From Haliotis rufescens (lineage: Eukaryota): a stretch of DNA of 64,000 bases. How positions within the stretch are numbered: position 1 is the first letter of the stretch; each line of letters opens with the position of its first letter. Positions 35,870 to 51,429 of the stretch are shown here, piece by piece. The notes beneath the pieces were generated by a model. That model made no database searches, had not been told where the DNA came from, and saw only the letters and a program-made list of their open reading frames with translations. Both the position numbers and the translations under genes were made by a program. Where the stretch lies: the NCBI RefSeq assembly GCF_023055435.1, contig NW_025963802.1:36704001-36768000 (forward strand). The letters run 5' to 3'.

Positions 35870-37706
35870 ATGGCAAGAAGAGAATGTATACAAGAAGTCT
35901 TTATCCCAAAGAGCCTTGATTTCGACGACGAAAACTCACGTGATAGTGGCTTTGAGTCCCTTTGCAGTGACAGTGAGGTTTGTGGAACTATGTATAATCG
36001 AACTGACAACAGCTACTTAAGGCAGATAGTGATATATGCGCAGCAATGGATATAGAGAGATATGAATAATGAATATTTAAATGGTTGAATAAGATGATTT
36101 TAAAAAAGGAAGTGTGATTCATTTTACATGTAATTGTTTAGCAAACATTGAAATTTAATGTTTGCATGTTTCTTCCTCAGGTGTCCCCAAAACCTTTGGA
36201 TGACAGGAAAGCTGGTTTCCATGGAACAAGGAAGTCACTGTTCGGAGGGAAGAGACAACGTGACAATGGTGATGACGGAGTTTATGTTCAAGCAAGGCAG
36301 ATTAAGAAACAAAAAACAGCCAGCTGTGGACATAACCTCCAAGCCGAAGTAACGTCAGAGGTCATGAAGACAGCAGTCGACAAAATGCAAAATGAAGTTG
36401 ATCTCATCGGTGATGGTTCACAGGTTAGTTGAGGATTCATCCTTCCATTCTAATATCGATTATATAGATCTTGTGAATTGCTTAATCTATTTGAATGAGA
36501 AGGAAATCCACATTTTCAAGTTGCCATTATGTTTTCAGGTTCATAGTCTCCCAACGATACAAGGCAGACACAAGGATCTCAAATCTGTGACTCCACACAC
36601 AGTCAGTCAGCTTCTAGCAGGACAGTACAATGACGTCATTTCCAGCTACAGGATCATTGACTGTCGTTACCCATATGAGTATGAAGGTGGTCACATTGAG
36701 GTATGCTGCTGTCTTTAAACTTGTATAAAGGAATATAATCCATGTTTGTTTGTTCATGTAATATCTTTGCTTAATACTTAAAAAAAACCAACTGACATCA
36801 ATATGTTGCTAAGCATATATTTTTACATCATTTACTTCAGGGTGCCGAGAACCTTCACACCCACGCTCTGATCACAGACTTAGTGACCAGTCTACAGAGA
36901 AGGGACTCCACTCAACGGAACATCCTGGTCTTCCATTGTGAATTTTCATCAGAGAGAGGCCCGAAACTGTAAGTATTTTTTCTTACATACAACAAAGTTG
37001 CATTTCACGTAAAAGACTCAAAAGTTACCATTGTTCACATGAAAATTTGATTTCGCGGTTTCTATTGTTAATACATTGTACGTTGTTTCTTGCGTATAGC
37101 ACTTGAAACAGTCGACGTAAAAGATCGTCCGGTCATAAGTTTACTGCACTTTCCAAAATAATTACATTTGTTTTACCTTATGTAACAATTATTTCAATTA
37201 TATATCTCCTGATACAGATTGAGACTTCTCAGAAACCTTGACCGGAAGCTGAACAGTGACCGTTACCCTTTCCTCTTCTACCCGGAAGTATACCTGTTAG
37301 ATGGCGGATACAAAAAGTTCTATGAACAACATCAGGTAGGTTGGCGAATGTTTGAAACTGACGGGACTACTTGTAGTAAAATGCAAATATGTCCTTATTT
37401 AAATGCATACCTTTTAATATTTATTTTAATATACATTCTAAATTTAAACTTATCTGTACTACCTTTATGCGGATGTTGTGTTATCAGTGAATTAATGTGA
37501 CACACGTATGGTAATAAGTACTTTCTTATAACTTTCAGTCTCAGTGCAATCCAAGAAATTACGTCCCCATGATGCACCAGGATTACTCCAAACGACTACG
37601 TCACTTCCGAGTAAAGTCCAAGTCATGGACAGCAGGAGAAAAACAGAGCATGAGCAGTCGACGTCTCATAATAGATTCGTCTCCGCTTAAGATGTCTCCA
37701 TGGTAA
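35870..37706 (+). CDS. cdc25: Cdc25 copy 6, 6 coding exons, 308 aa, intact
   Basis: Exons 35870-35977, 36181-36423, 36539-36700, 36841-36968, 37218-37335, 37539-37706; all GT-AG; HCEFSSERG; AATAAA at 37916-37921. Confidence 0.94.
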
Positions 37707-38227
37707 TCTGGAAGATGAATTGCTGAAATGTGAAATGTCACCTGTTATCCGAGTGTTGAATTTCAGAGATTTGTTGTTTAATGCCACTGTTATTGTTGAT
37801 TATGTTGGTACCTGAATGTTGAGGTAATCACGGAATACTTCATACATACGTTGACCTGTTTTGTCAACCACACTGTGATACCGTCTTGTGATGGACTGTT
37901 TCTTTGTATGATATGAATAAATACTGATCTTCAGCTCGTTTAGTGTCCTCACTTCCCTCACTCTCACACGTCAGATCACAAACGTTCTTTTTAATCGATG
38001 GTATGTCTCTGTTGTTTGTCTAGTTCAATTACAATTTCAATATATTTGGTCGAATGTGCCGTGAATCTGGCGAAGTCCAGGAGCCACTAGCACAAGGCGA
38101 CGTTCGCGCTAAAACACCAGTGTAAGTCTGTGTTAGAGTATGGAAGTTACAAAGGCGAAGGCGCTAAGATCGCCATGATTACTAAAGCTTCGTTAAATTT
38201 CGATGTCTGTACACTATACACCATGCC

Positions 38228-39390
38228 GACAGACGGACAGACAGTTTATTAGGGTCTCACCTTATGTACAGCAATATATACATTAAATAATATACATCTA
38301 TTATCAAAGTACACAAGCCATTCTAAAAGAACTGCGAGAGACCATACACAAAACAGGTTTTACATAATATATTTACAACAACATTCCCTGAAATGAAATA
38401 GAAATACATAATAAACTCAGGACAATAAAAGCCCTCTTCGTCAGGTTAAGATTAAATACAAGGTTTTGGTCGAAATTAAAACTAAGCTAGTAAATGACAG
38501 TAAAACACACATCTTATCAATATCAGAGTGTTTGTATTGCGGTAATAGTAGCGCTGCGTTCTGCACTAGCTTGTACCTCAGGTCTCAATATACTGCTCAA
38601 TGTTAAAGAACATGTGTCTCATCTTCGATGCAGATGTCACAAAAAGGGCATAACCATTGTTGAATGGCCAGTCCGTCATACCACAGCGAAATTTACTTCA
38701 TGCAATCCTGAAGTTTTTGGGCATGTTTGAGTATAAGGTTCCCTACAGTAATCTTGTTTGAAAAGACGATAAGTTCTCAATTTTCTATCACTTTGTCGAA
38801 TGTTGTCTCTCCATGCTTCCAATATTTTCAGTTCATATGCATTAATAACACTATCGATCACATTCTTGGATATAAAAGTTTCAACGTTGCAGAAATTACT
38901 CGACCCTTGGTTTTCAAAGAACTTGTAAATTCTGTAGTTTCATATCTTAAATCTTGATACTCGGTAATTGTCCAGTAGGATGAATATTCTTCTGTTCAAT
39001 CCATCCACATTTATGTTCACCAATCTTCTCCACTGATGGAACACGGCTTTCCTTAGATTGACACACATAGGGGTTCATCCCATCTCCCCCTGTACTGCAT
39101 CATTAGGAGTATATTTTACGACTCCAAGAAAATGTCTACACGCTCTGTTTTGAATCTTGTAATTGTAGAAAATTCTCTAGTTCCCCAAACTGATGCGCCA
39201 TACGTAATCACAGGTAGCACAATTGCATCATATACTTTGGAATACGCATCGTAGGGGAGACCACCCAGGGCTTTGCTGTTAGCAATGATAAGACCCAGGG
39301 CTCTGCTCGCTGACTGTGGAACTGCTTTTGCCGTCGTGGTAAAATCCAGGAATTCATCAATTAAAAGTCAGAGATAGTTGTACTCCAAAG
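38228..39390 (-). mobile_element. 5'-truncated LINE 3' portion with AATAAA and (CTGT)n tail
   Basis: SASRALGL, LPVITYGASVWG and RKLRTYRLFKQDYCREPY; ends in AATAAACTGTCTGTCCGTCTGTC on the minus strand. Confidence 0.78.
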
Positions 39391-40675
39391 ACACTTGCGA
39401 CCACGTCGTCATCGTGACTTTCACCAAAGTAAGTGATTAAAATGTACCTCACCAACGCCTATTGGGATTTTACCCCACATTAAGCTGACATGTGGACATA
39501 CAAATTGATTTTGATTTTTATCTGAGTGATCCGTAGTTTATGTTTTAGATAAGCAAAGAATAAAGTAAGATTACGAGACCATGAAGAAAAATAACAGGAG
39601 CATAATTAGAATTATTAATTGTTACATTATAAGAATGGAATAGTATAGATTACAATGTGTATTATTGGCAGTATATATATTTTCAGTTTAGAAAACTGAA
39701 GTAAAAATAAAATAACAATTTAGTTTTCTTTATTTCTCTCCAAAATGTCACAGCGGGTCAAACAGACAGACTGATGGGTGGGGGATAGGGGAGGATACAA
39801 AATGCTTCTGAGACAGTCATGTGGTTCTAGTATCATTCAGTTACAATGCTTATAAAGAACATACACATTGTAGAAAGTAATATTCATGTGTTAAAGATAT
39901 ATAAATCATTTATTCGGATACTTACTATAAATCTTATTGGGTTTTAAAAAGTACAAATCCATATAAACTGGCAGTGTAGTCATATTCGGATGCATTTGCT
40001 ACACCATTGAATAATGACTTGATTATCATATTTGCCCAGGCTCCCGTTTGTTCCAAAGTACTGGGATATCCATAGACTGGTATTGCATTCATATCTCACT
40101 TGGGAAAAAAAGCTCGTCATTTGAGTGTCAAGACTCCACGGTAATGCTGTTCGCGTGGTTAAAACATTAAACATCTTTTTCAAGGTTACAGGCTGACGTG
40201 AAATACATCCCACATTATGTTTCAGAACGCATGACTGTTAATGTCGTGACTAACTGTCAACCAAAGCACTAGATACAATAGAATCTGTAAAGCTGTAAAC
40301 TGTACATTGATTGACTTCATTGAATAGCCAAGTAACGTCGTTTATATCAAACGTGAATATTCTTAAATTTATCGGAAAACGGAATTTAGGCCACTGAACC
40401 AGTGAAGTGTTTGTCTCACCGGTGGGGCAGGATACGCCCACCTTTTCGCGAACACCTGGTATCATCACTATGATAGTTATTCATAAACACATGCTTGTCG
40501 GAATCGTATATTTGGCCAGCAGAATTTGCTTATAACGTTTGTGGGTTTCAGTCAGTAAGTGAAGTGTTAATGCATGTACAAACAATGGAACAGGAGACAG
40601 GACACCAAAAAGAAATGCACAATATTTCACGATGTGTTACGTATTTTGTGTTAATGTGATACTCTACAAGCATTA

Positions 40676-41108
40676 GTCTAATCCAGATCATCCCGATCAC
40701 CCTAACTTCCCTTTAATAAATATGCTTTCTTTACACCTTAATCCAGCTGGAAGGGAATACATGCAGAAAGTGAGCCCGCATTCAATATCTTGTTCACAAA
40801 TTAAATATAAATCTTCCTTAATTGCCATTCAACTGACGACGAGAACGACCTGAATTCGGTGTTATCCAAACATGGGCTGCAGGTACATTTGAAGTTCTAC
40901 CTGGATGATTACCCCGGCATAATCCCTTCTCACCTTCGTATAGGTAGCTACGTATCTATGGGGGACACAAGCGATCGCACATTCACACCAAGACCACATA
41001 CTTAACTGATCTCCTTTAATGTGTGAATGTTTATACTGCTTCCATTAACCAATATAGACAATGTACGATCAATTGGGTAACGAATCAATCAACGAGTGTT
41101 TTCTTTGC
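40676..41108 (+). promoter_or_regulatory. Orphan upstream module
   Basis: Paralogue of 22335-22692. Confidence 0.55.
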
Positions 41109-42669
41109 TCAGCGATCTTACCCACACAGCAACCGGGGCGTCCACAAAATGAAAGTCCGACAACTGTTAGTCAAGATCACTTGATCAAGCTACTTTTTTT
41201 TACCCCTCTGACAAGTCTAAATCTAGACTTCCAGTTGTCGGGCTTTCATTTCTTGAAAGCCTTGGAGGCTGGGTTAGATCGCTGACGCTGAGTGCCTCAC
41301 TCTGGAAGTGTGGGTTTGAATCCCGGATGGGACTTAAGCCAAAAAAGAACTAGAATCTTTACAAGAAAATGTTATCACGAATATGAAAAACTGCAAATGT
41401 ATATTACTAATTGGTTCAAATCTGAACAAGTAACTTCATTAACAAGTGCATCCCAACCTTTGTTTGGAGACTTAATAATCCTGTTGTGTTATATTGAATT
41501 ATTCTCTGTATGTTTGGGGCAAAAGATTCATTGCTGAAACATGATAAATAATAGCATCAATTGCTAGACAAGTTTGTTATATAAAACGATTTCATAGTAT
41601 AGGAACCTGTTATGCTACAATAATATATGCAATGTCAGTCCTTTGAAGTAAATGAATGATATCGAAAACATGTTCAAATTCCACTAATCTGGACAATATT
41701 GATCCTGGCACCAAATTTGGGCACTTACATTACATGAAATAGATACCTTTCCAATTTGAAATTTCATCTTAAGCTTACGTTTTAAGACTTTATGAACATT
41801 TGTGGTTTCCATACGTTTACACGGAATGGATTCGAAAACAAGTCGTGCAACTTATATGAATACTTTTCCAGTTATACGTACAATCGAAAATGAAATTACA
41901 GTAAAGGTAGCAATAACTTGGAGATAACGCCAGTGGATAAGATAAAGGTGTGTCGGGGGGTGTAATAGGCTATATAAACTGGTTGATGATCAATTTGAAA
42001 ATATTTTTGTTTGTTTAATATCATCACGTACAGATGCCAAACTTGTTTGCTTTAACGTTTCCGATTTCTAGGGAAGTGCCATAAGATGCCAAGCTGATGT
42101 ACTATCCCATGGTATAGAAGTATGAGTTTGATCTTTATGGTTCTATAAATTAGACATATTAAGAAACAATGAGCAGTGTCCTCGCATACCGAACCACGGG
42201 AACAAGAAGGGCCTTCACAGATGTGTCTATCGCACTTATAGGCATTCAAGTCACTACATCTTAGTCGCAGTCGCAGTCAAAGTAAAATTGTTGTGCACAA
42301 TCATCAATTTTATTAATAATTCGTTTAAAATATCATGAGGAACCAGGGTTAGTCAAATCTGGCGATAAAATGTTCCGTAAGTTCGTTGTAGTGGGAATAA
42401 AAGGATTTTCATAGTTTTTAGTTCTGCATTTAATAACTTGTAAATAGGAAGTATTTCTTTGCAAGTAATTATTTAAAGTGGGCCAGAACGAGATCAGAAT
42501 AATAATCGGCTGTTTTTTACATATTTACCATTTTATAGTAGAGCACCATTTTTAAATTAGCTCGCTTTTCCCCAAAGAGATTTGAACCTTTTATGACTTT
42601 TTATGATTAGTGCTTCTTGGAACCCCGCAAATTGTTCAAATAATTACTATGTTGCCAATGGTGAGGTGC

Positions 42670-44570
42670 TGAGGCGTTATCCATGTTAAACTGAATCATT
42701 CAATCTTGTACAAACGTGTCTTCGAAGGGAGACAACTGATATGACGCGGAGTGTTGGACTGCATGTAACACAACTCGGCGCTTTCTGCGTGCAGTTCAAG
42801 TTAGTAACAATAACTGCGATCGACAATGTTACGTCGAGTTGTGGTCATTCTTTTAACAGTTATGTGCTGCTAAGTTGTCATTAGCATTTTCAAATGTAAT
42901 GTACTTTCTGCAAAAGACAATAAGTTATTTTGGAGAACAGTTAAATCAATTTTGTCAACAACAATACGACTGTATGGATTAATCATTTTCAGCAGCTTTT
43001 TCAGGGATTGCATGTATCAGCGGATGAGGAACATTTTATTGTTAATGATAATCTCGTAGAATCATCCGTTGATTTTGATGATTTGGATGAAGAAATCTGT
43101 TATCAAGATATAACTGATGCAATTCAAGATATGCAAACTGGTGAAGCTCCAGGATATAGTGGAAATCCAATTGAAATTTTCGAAAATGAACTAGATTTAA
43201 GTATTAATTTGCTAAAAGCTTTATTTAACAGTGTTTTACCTACAGGTATGTATCCACCTGAATGGTCCCATTGAGTTATTATTTCCCTTATAAGAAGGGT
43301 TGATTTTGACTGTCCACCAAGCTTTTGACCGATAACCGTGCTTGAAGTTTCGGGTAAATTTTCCCTCATGTTTTAATTTATAAATGAAATCATTGGGCCA
43401 AGCGGGAACTTTTTCCATTCAGGAGCAGTCTGGGTTTAGATATGGTTTTCAGACCCACGATAATATTTCTGTTCTCAGCACCATCATTAATAAGTACCTA
43501 TAAATATAATGGGTGGTTGTATCGCGCCTTTATTGATTTAAAGTCGGCCTTTGACTCTGTAGACAGGTAGAGGGGTTTTCTTACTAATATGTGATGGGAA
43601 ATGCCAAAGGCAAAACCTTTAGATTATTAAAAAGCGTGTATGGAAAAATTTAAGCTTGTATTTCAGTGAAGGATGGATATACTTCTTTTTTATTGTATAT
43701 TTGGCTACGTCAAGGGTGCAAGTTATCACCTTTCCCTTTTCTCTTTGTTTGTTAATGATATTGTTGAAAGTCCTTATGCAGACAGCAGTCAGAGGTGTAT
43801 TAATTTAGAATTTATTGAGTTATTTATGTGACAATGTATCGTTTGATCTCTCAGCTTTAAGTTTACAAAAGAGGCTAGACAAGTTATTTTGTATTGCAAT
43901 AAATGCGGACTAAAATGAGATGTTGATTAGAGTAAGGTAGTTGTGTTCAGAAAGGCTGACAGATTAAAACGTTCCGAAACATTCTTCTGAATGGAAAACA
44001 GTTTCATCAAAAATGTTCTTGGGTTCCATTTTTCGTGTTCAGAATCATGGTATTTTACACAAAACACCTTAGCTGAGCAAGCATGGAAAGTATCATTAAT
44101 CCTTAAATTATCAACAATGTTTTTTGATAATTTGCAAACGAAGGTATTGTTACATTTATTTGATTTCAAATGTCTTCCAAGTTTATTGTACGGGAGTGAA
44201 GTTTGGGATGTCCATCCATCACCAAATATCAATAATGTACAAAACAAGTTTTGTAGACAAGTGGTGGGTTTCTCAAGAAATACACCAAACATTGTTGTTC
44301 GTTCTGAAATTGGTCGTTATTCATTAAAAGTGAATCAGTATTGTTGAATTATTAAACATTAGACTCATTTGTTATCGCAAGTGTATAGTCATTTGGGAAA
44401 CATTGCAAAGAATCGTTCAAAACTCCAGGTTTTATTAGTCACATGTGGGATGAAAGAGGGAAGAACAAGACGTATGAGGCTCTTTGAGAACATGCTCGAT
44501 TGTTTCTCAAACGTTGCGAAATGTAAACACCAAATGCTGGAGCTGTGGTCATTTACATTTAATTATTAAC
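42670..44570 (+). mobile_element. Decayed CR1/L2-group LINE RT (unit copy)
   Basis: Same motifs as 24240-26120, plus TPNIVVRSEIGRYSL. Confidence 0.85.
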
Positions 44571-45329
44571 ACGTCAATTTGTGTAGGAATATTGATGTAA
44601 AACGTATTCGCAACCAAAAGGTAAGTGATCTATAACAAATATAAAGTGTTGGACAGTGTTCTGATTTGCTGGGTGGTATGACATAGCAATGTTTGGATTA
44701 TATCTAGCGTACATTTTTCGAACAGCCAGCAATGTTCTCAATGCCATAACAGTGTTATATCAAGTCGTTTACTCGGCATGCTGAAGACCTAGGTTCGATT
44801 CTCTATTTTGGTACAATGTGTGAAGCCCATTCTTGATGTCCCATTCGTGGTATAACCACAGCATTATTATAAGACTGAGACTCGAGTGATATTCTCTGTA
44901 CCTTTCTTGTTCTACTGTAAATGACTTTGAGCCGAATACCAAAATTAAATAAAATGACAGAAAATATTTCTATCATTATATGATATCTCTAAAATAAATC
45001 TGGATCACTATCAAATAGTGCTTATACAATGAGTCTAACGTCCAACAAGAGACTTAACAGCAATAATTGTCGGAATAACGTGAAGCTTTTGAACGTTTTC
45101 CATCTATTATATTCGATGAAAACAAGAAGATGCAAATACGTGGACATATACACAGTAATCACCGCTTAAAGTCAAATCATTTTTTTGTTTCTGCTGAAGC
45201 TGCACACGCACGCGCGCACACACACACACACACAGAAGAAATAAAAGAAAAACAATAGCTTTCTCCGTGTGCTTCCTTTTAAAGATTAATAGACACCTAA
45301 CTATCATGAAAATTCTCTACAAACATGAA

Positions 45330-45762
45330 TCTATTCCAGCTAATCCAGATCATTCTAACTGGCCCTTGATAAACCTGCTTACTTCACACCTTAACTCAGC
45401 CAGTAGGGAATCCACGCTCAATATGCGCCTTAATTAAACATCTCGTTTGCCATGTAAATAGAAAATCGTCCTTAATTGTCATTCAGCGGACGACCACAAC
45501 GAACTGAACCCTGCGTTGTCAATACATGGGTTAACGGTACATTTGATGTCCTACCTGGTGATTACCCCAGGATAATCCCCCTCACACCCTCGTATGAGTA
45601 GCTCCTTATACCTACAGGGGACACAAGCGATCCCGCATTTTCACACCAAGCCCACATTCTTAACCGTTCTCCTCTAATGTGTTAATGTTTATATAAGTTT
45701 TCAACTAATCGATCAACGAGTGTTGTCGTTGTTATGTAAATATGTTGTTTTAGTGCAGGTAT
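45330..45762 (+). promoter_or_regulatory. Conserved upstream module of copy 7
   Basis: Full-length proximal module. Confidence 0.6.
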
Positions 45763-45880
45763 ACATACAACAGATGCAAGACACAGCGTCATTCCCCTGG
45801 CAACTGCATAACTTGTAAATATCTGACCATAGATATAAATTTCTTAACATTCAGAATAGTTTGGCGAAATCTGTCCCACA

Positions 45881-47754
45881 ATGGCAAGAAGAGAATGTAT
45901 ACCAGAAGTCTTTATCCCAAAGAGCCTTGATTTCGATGACGAAGACTCACGTGATAGTGGCTTTGAGTCACTTTGCAGTGACAATGAGGTTTGTGGAACT
46001 ATGTATAATCGAACTGACAACAGCTACATTGGGCAGATAGTGATATATACGCAGCAATGGATATAGAGAGCTATGGATAATGAATAGTTAAATGGTTGCA
46101 TAAGATGATTTTAAAAAAGGAAGTGTGATTTTACATGTAATTGTTTAGCCAACATTGAAATTTAATGTATGCATGTTTCTTCATCAGGTGTCCCCACAAC
46201 CTTTGGATCACAGGAAAGCTGATTTCCATGGAACAAGGAAGTCACTGTTCGGAGGAAAGAGACAACGTGACAATGGTGATGACGGAGTTAATTATGTTCA
46301 AGCAAGGCAGATCAAGAAACAAAAAACAGCCAGCTGTGGCCATAACCTCCATGACGAAGTAACATCAGAGGTCATGAAGACAGCAGTTGATAAAATGCAA
46401 AATGAAGTTGATCTCATCGGTGATGGTTCACAGGTTAGTTGAGGATTCGTCCTTCCATTCTAATATTGATTATATAGACCTTCTGACTTGCTTAATCTAT
46501 TTGAATGAGAAGGAAATCCACATTTTCAAGTTGCCATTATGTTTTCAGGTTCATAGTCTCCCAACGATACAAGGCAGACACAAGGATCTCAAATCTGTGA
46601 CTCCACACACAGTCAGTCAGCTTCTAGCAGGACAGTACAATGACGTCATTTCCACCTACAGGATCATTGACTGTCGTTACCCATATGAGTATGAAGGTGG
46701 TCACATTGAGGTACGCAGCTGTCTTTAAGCTTGTACAATGGAATGTAATCTATGTTTTTGATTGCTCATGTAATATCTTTGCATAATACACACACAAAAT
46801 TACTGACATCAAAATTTTGCGAAGAGTTTGCTGAGCTTATATTCTTACATTATTTACTTCAGGGTGCCGAGAACCTTCACACCCACGCTCTGATCAAAGA
46901 CTTAGTGACCAGTCTACAGGGGAGGGACTCCACTCAACGGAACATCCTGGTCTTCCATTGTGAATTTTCATCAGAGAGAGGCCCGAAACTGTAAGTATTC
47001 TTTCTTACGTAAAACACAGTTGCAGTTGACGTAAAGGACTCAGACGTTAAACGTTTAGATCATTGTTCACATGAAAATTGATGATGCAGTTTCTATTGTT
47101 AATACATTGTACGTTGTTTCTCGTGTATAATACTTGAAACAGTCGACGAAAAAGATCGTCCGGTCATAAGTTTACTGCACTACCCAAAATAATTGTTTGT
47201 TTGGGGGTTGGTTTTTTTAATTTGTTTTATCTTATGTAACAATGATTTCAATTATGTATCTTCTGATACAGATTGAGACTTCTTAGAAACCTTGACCGGA
47301 AACTGAACAGTGACCGTTACCCTTTCCTCTTCTACCCGGAAGTATACCTGTTAGATGGCGGATACAAGGCCTTCTATGAACAACATCAGGTAGGTTGGCG
47401 AATATTCGAAACTGACGGGTCCAAATGTAAATATGTCCTTATTTAAATGCATGCCTTTTGATATTCATTTTAATATACATTCTAAATTTAAAGTTATCTG
47501 TCCTACCCTTTTGGGGTAGAATGTTGTGTTATCAGTGAATTAATGTGTCACACGGATGGTCATAAATACTTTCTTATAACTTTCAGTCTCAGTGCAATCC
47601 AAGAAGTTACGTCCCCATGATGCACCAGGATTACTCCAAACAACTACGTCACTTCCGAGTAAAGTCCAAGTCATGGACAGCAGGAGAAAAACAGAGCATG
47701 CGCAGTCGACGTCTCATAACAGATTCGTCTCCGCTTAAGATGTCTCCATGGTAA
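45881..47754 (+). CDS. cdc25: Cdc25 copy 7, 6 coding exons, 309 aa, intact
   Basis: Exons 45881-45988, 46188-46433, 46549-46710, 46863-46990, 47272-47389, 47587-47754; all GT-AG; AATAAA at 47964-47969. Confidence 0.94.
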
Positions 47755-49755
47755 TCTGGAAGATGAATTGCTGAAATGTGAAATGTCACCTGTTGTCCGA
47801 GTGTTGGATTTCAGAGATTTGTTGTTTATTGCCACTGTTATTGTTGATTATGTTGGTGCCTGAATGTTAAGGTAATCACGGAATACTTTATACATACGTT
47901 GACCTGTTTTGTCAACCACACTGTGATACTGTCCTGTTATTGACTGTTTCTTTGTACGATATGAATAAATACTGATCTTCAGCTCGTTTAGTGTCCTCTC
48001 TTCGAAACACACACTTTTCTTACACTTTCGCATCAAACCATCAATCTTCTCCACTGACGTAACACGGCTTTCCATAGATTGACACATACAGGGGTCCATC
48101 CCATCTCCCCCTGTACTGCATCATTAGGAGTATATTTTACGACTCCAAGAAAATGTCTACACGCTCTGTTTTGAATCTTGTAATTGTAGAACATTCTCTA
48201 GTTCCACAAACTGATGCGCCATACGTAATCACAGGTAGCACAATTGCATCATACACTTTGGAATACGCATCGTATGGGAGACCACCCAGGACTTTACTGT
48301 TAGCAATGATAAGACCCAGGGCTCTGCTCGCTGACTGAGGAACTGCTTTTGCCGTCGTGGTAAAATCCCGGAATTCATCAATTAAAAGTCAGAGATAGTT
48401 GTACTCTAAAGACACTTGCGACCCAGGCGTCATCGTGACTTTCACCAAAGTAAGTGATTAAAATGTACCTCACCAACGCCTATTGGGATTTTACCCCACA
48501 TTAAGCTGACATGTGGACATACAAAATTGATTTTGATTTTTATCTGAGTGATCCGTGGTTTATGTTTTAGATAAGCAAAGAATAAAGTAAGATTACGAGA
48601 CCATGAAAAAAATAACAGGAGCATAATTAGAATTATTAATTGTTACATTATAAGAATGGAATAGTATAGATTACAATGTGTATTATTGGCAGTATATATA
48701 TTTTCAGTTTAGTAAACTGAAGTAAAAATAAAATGACAATGTGCTATAATTTGTCTTGATCTAATTGATGTTATGGTATACCATTTAGTTTTCTTTATTT
48801 CTCTTCAAAATATCAGAGCGGGACAAACAGACAGACTGATGGGTGGGGGATGGGGGAGGATACAAAATGCTTCTGAGACAGTCATGTCGTTCTAGTATCA
48901 TTCAGTTACAATTCTTATAAAGAATATACACATTGTAGAAAGTAATATTCATGTGTTAAAGATATATAAATCATTTATTCGGATACTTACTATAAATCTT
49001 ATTGGGTTTTAAAACGTACAAATCCATATAAACTGGCAGTGTGGTCATATTCGGAGGTATTTGCTACACCATTGAACAATGAATTAATTATCATATTTGC
49101 CCAGGCTCCCGTTTGTTCCAAAGTACTGGGATATCCATAGACTGGTATTGCATTCATATCTCACTTGGGAAAAACGCCAGTCATTTTAGTGTCAAGACTC
49201 CACGGTAATGCTGTGCACGTGGTTAAAACATTAAACGTCTTTTTCAAGGTTACAGGCTGACGTGAAATATATCCCACATTATGTTTCAGAACGCATGACT
49301 GTTAATGTCGTGACTAACTGTCAACCAAAGCACTAGATACAATAGAATATGTAAAGCTGTAAACTGAACATTGATTGACTTCATTGAATAGCCAAGTAAC
49401 GTCGTTTATATCAAACATGAATATTCTTAAATTTATCGGAAAACGGAATTTAGGCCACTGACCCAGTGCAGTGTTTGTAACGCTGACACCGGTGGGGCAG
49501 GATACGCCCACCTTTTCGCGAACACCTGGTATCATCACTATGATAGTTATTCATAAACACATGCTTGTGATATGGTCGGAATCGTACATTGGTGTCAGCA
49601 GAATCTTCTTATGACGTTTGTGTGTTTCAGTCAGCAAGTGAAGTGTTAATGCATGTTCAAACAATGGAACAGGAGACAGGAAACCAATAAGAAATACACT
49701 ATATGTCACGATGTGTTACGTTTTTTGTGTAAACGTGATACTCTACAAGCATTAG

Positions 49756-50184
49756 TCTAATCCAGCTCATCCCGATCACCCTAACTTCCCTTTAATAAAC
49801 ATGCTTTCTTACACCTTAATCCAGCGGGTCGGGAATACATGCAGAAAGAGGGCCCGCATTAAATGTCTTGTTCACAAAATAAATATAAATCTTCCTTAAT
49901 TGCCATTCAACTGACGACGAGAACGACCTGAATTCGGTGTTATCCAAACAGGGGCTGCAGGTACATTTGAAGTTCTACCTGGATGATTACCTCGGGATAA
50001 TCCCTTCTCACCTTTGTATAGGTAGCTACGTATCTACGGGGGACACAAGCGATCGCGCATTCACACCAAGCCCACATTCTTAACTGATCTCCTTTAATGA
50101 GTGAATGTTTATACTGCTTCCATTAACCAATATAGACAATGTACGATCAATTGGGTAACGAATCAATCAACGAGTCTTTCTTTG
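49756..50184 (+). promoter_or_regulatory. Orphan upstream module
   Basis: Near-identical to 31284-31712. Confidence 0.55.
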
Positions 50185-51429
50185 CTCAGCGATCTTACCC
50201 ACACAGCCACCGAGGCTTCCACAAAATAACAGTCCGACATATGGTAGTCAAGATCACTTGATCAAGGTACTGACAAGTCTAAGTCTAGACTTTCAGTTGT
50301 CGGACTTTCATTTATTGAACGCCTTGGTGGCTGTGTTAGGTCGCTGACTTTGTGTGCTGGCGATTAAGTGCCTCACTCTGTGAGTGTGGGTTTGAATCCC
50401 GGATGGGACTTAACCACCCAAAAGAACTAGAATCTATACCAGAAAATGTTATCACGAATATGAAAAAATGCAAATGTATATAACTAACTGGTTCAAATTT
50501 GAACAAGTAACTTCAGTAACAAGTGCATCCCAACCTTTGTTGGAAGACTTACGTTTTAAGACTGTATGAACCTTTGTGGTTTCCATTTGGTTTACACGGA
50601 CTGGATTGGAAAACAAGTCGTGCGATTTATATGAATACTTTTCCAGTAATTCTTTCAATCGAAAATGAAATTACAGTAAAGGTAGCAATAACTTGGAGAT
50701 AATGCCAGTGGATAAGATGAAGGTGTGTCGGGTGCATGTAATAGGCTATATAAACTGGTTAATGATCAATTTGAAAATATTCACGTACAGATGCCAAAAT
50801 TGTTTGGTTCAATCTTTCCGATTTCTAGGCAAGTTTCCATAAGATGCCAAACTGATGTACTATCCCATGGTATAGAAGTATGAGTTTGATCTTTATGGTT
50901 CTATAAATAGGACATATAAGAAACAATGAGCAGTGTCCTCGCATACCGAACCACGGGAACAAGAAGGGTCTTCACAGATGTGTCTATCGCACTTATAGGC
51001 ATTCAAGTCACTACATCTTAGTCTTAGTCGCAGTCAAAGTAAAATTGTTGTGTACAATCAGCAATTTTATTAATAATTCGTTTAAAATATCATGAGGAAC
51101 CTGGGTTACTCAAATCTGGTGATAAAATATTCCGTAAGTTCGTTGTAGTGGGAATAAAAGGATTTTCATAGTTTTTAGTTCTGCATTTAATAACTTGTAA
51201 ATAGGAAGTATTCCTTTGCAAGTAATTATTTAAAGTGGACCAGAACGAGATCAGAATAATAATCGGCTGTTTTTTACATATTTACCATTTTATAGTAGAG
51301 CACCATTTTTAAATTAGCTCGCTTTTCCCCAAAGAGATTTGAACCTTTTATGACTTTTTATGATTAGTGCTTCTTGGAACCCCGCAAATTGTTCAAATAA
51401 TTACTATGTTGCCAATGGTGAGGTGCTGA

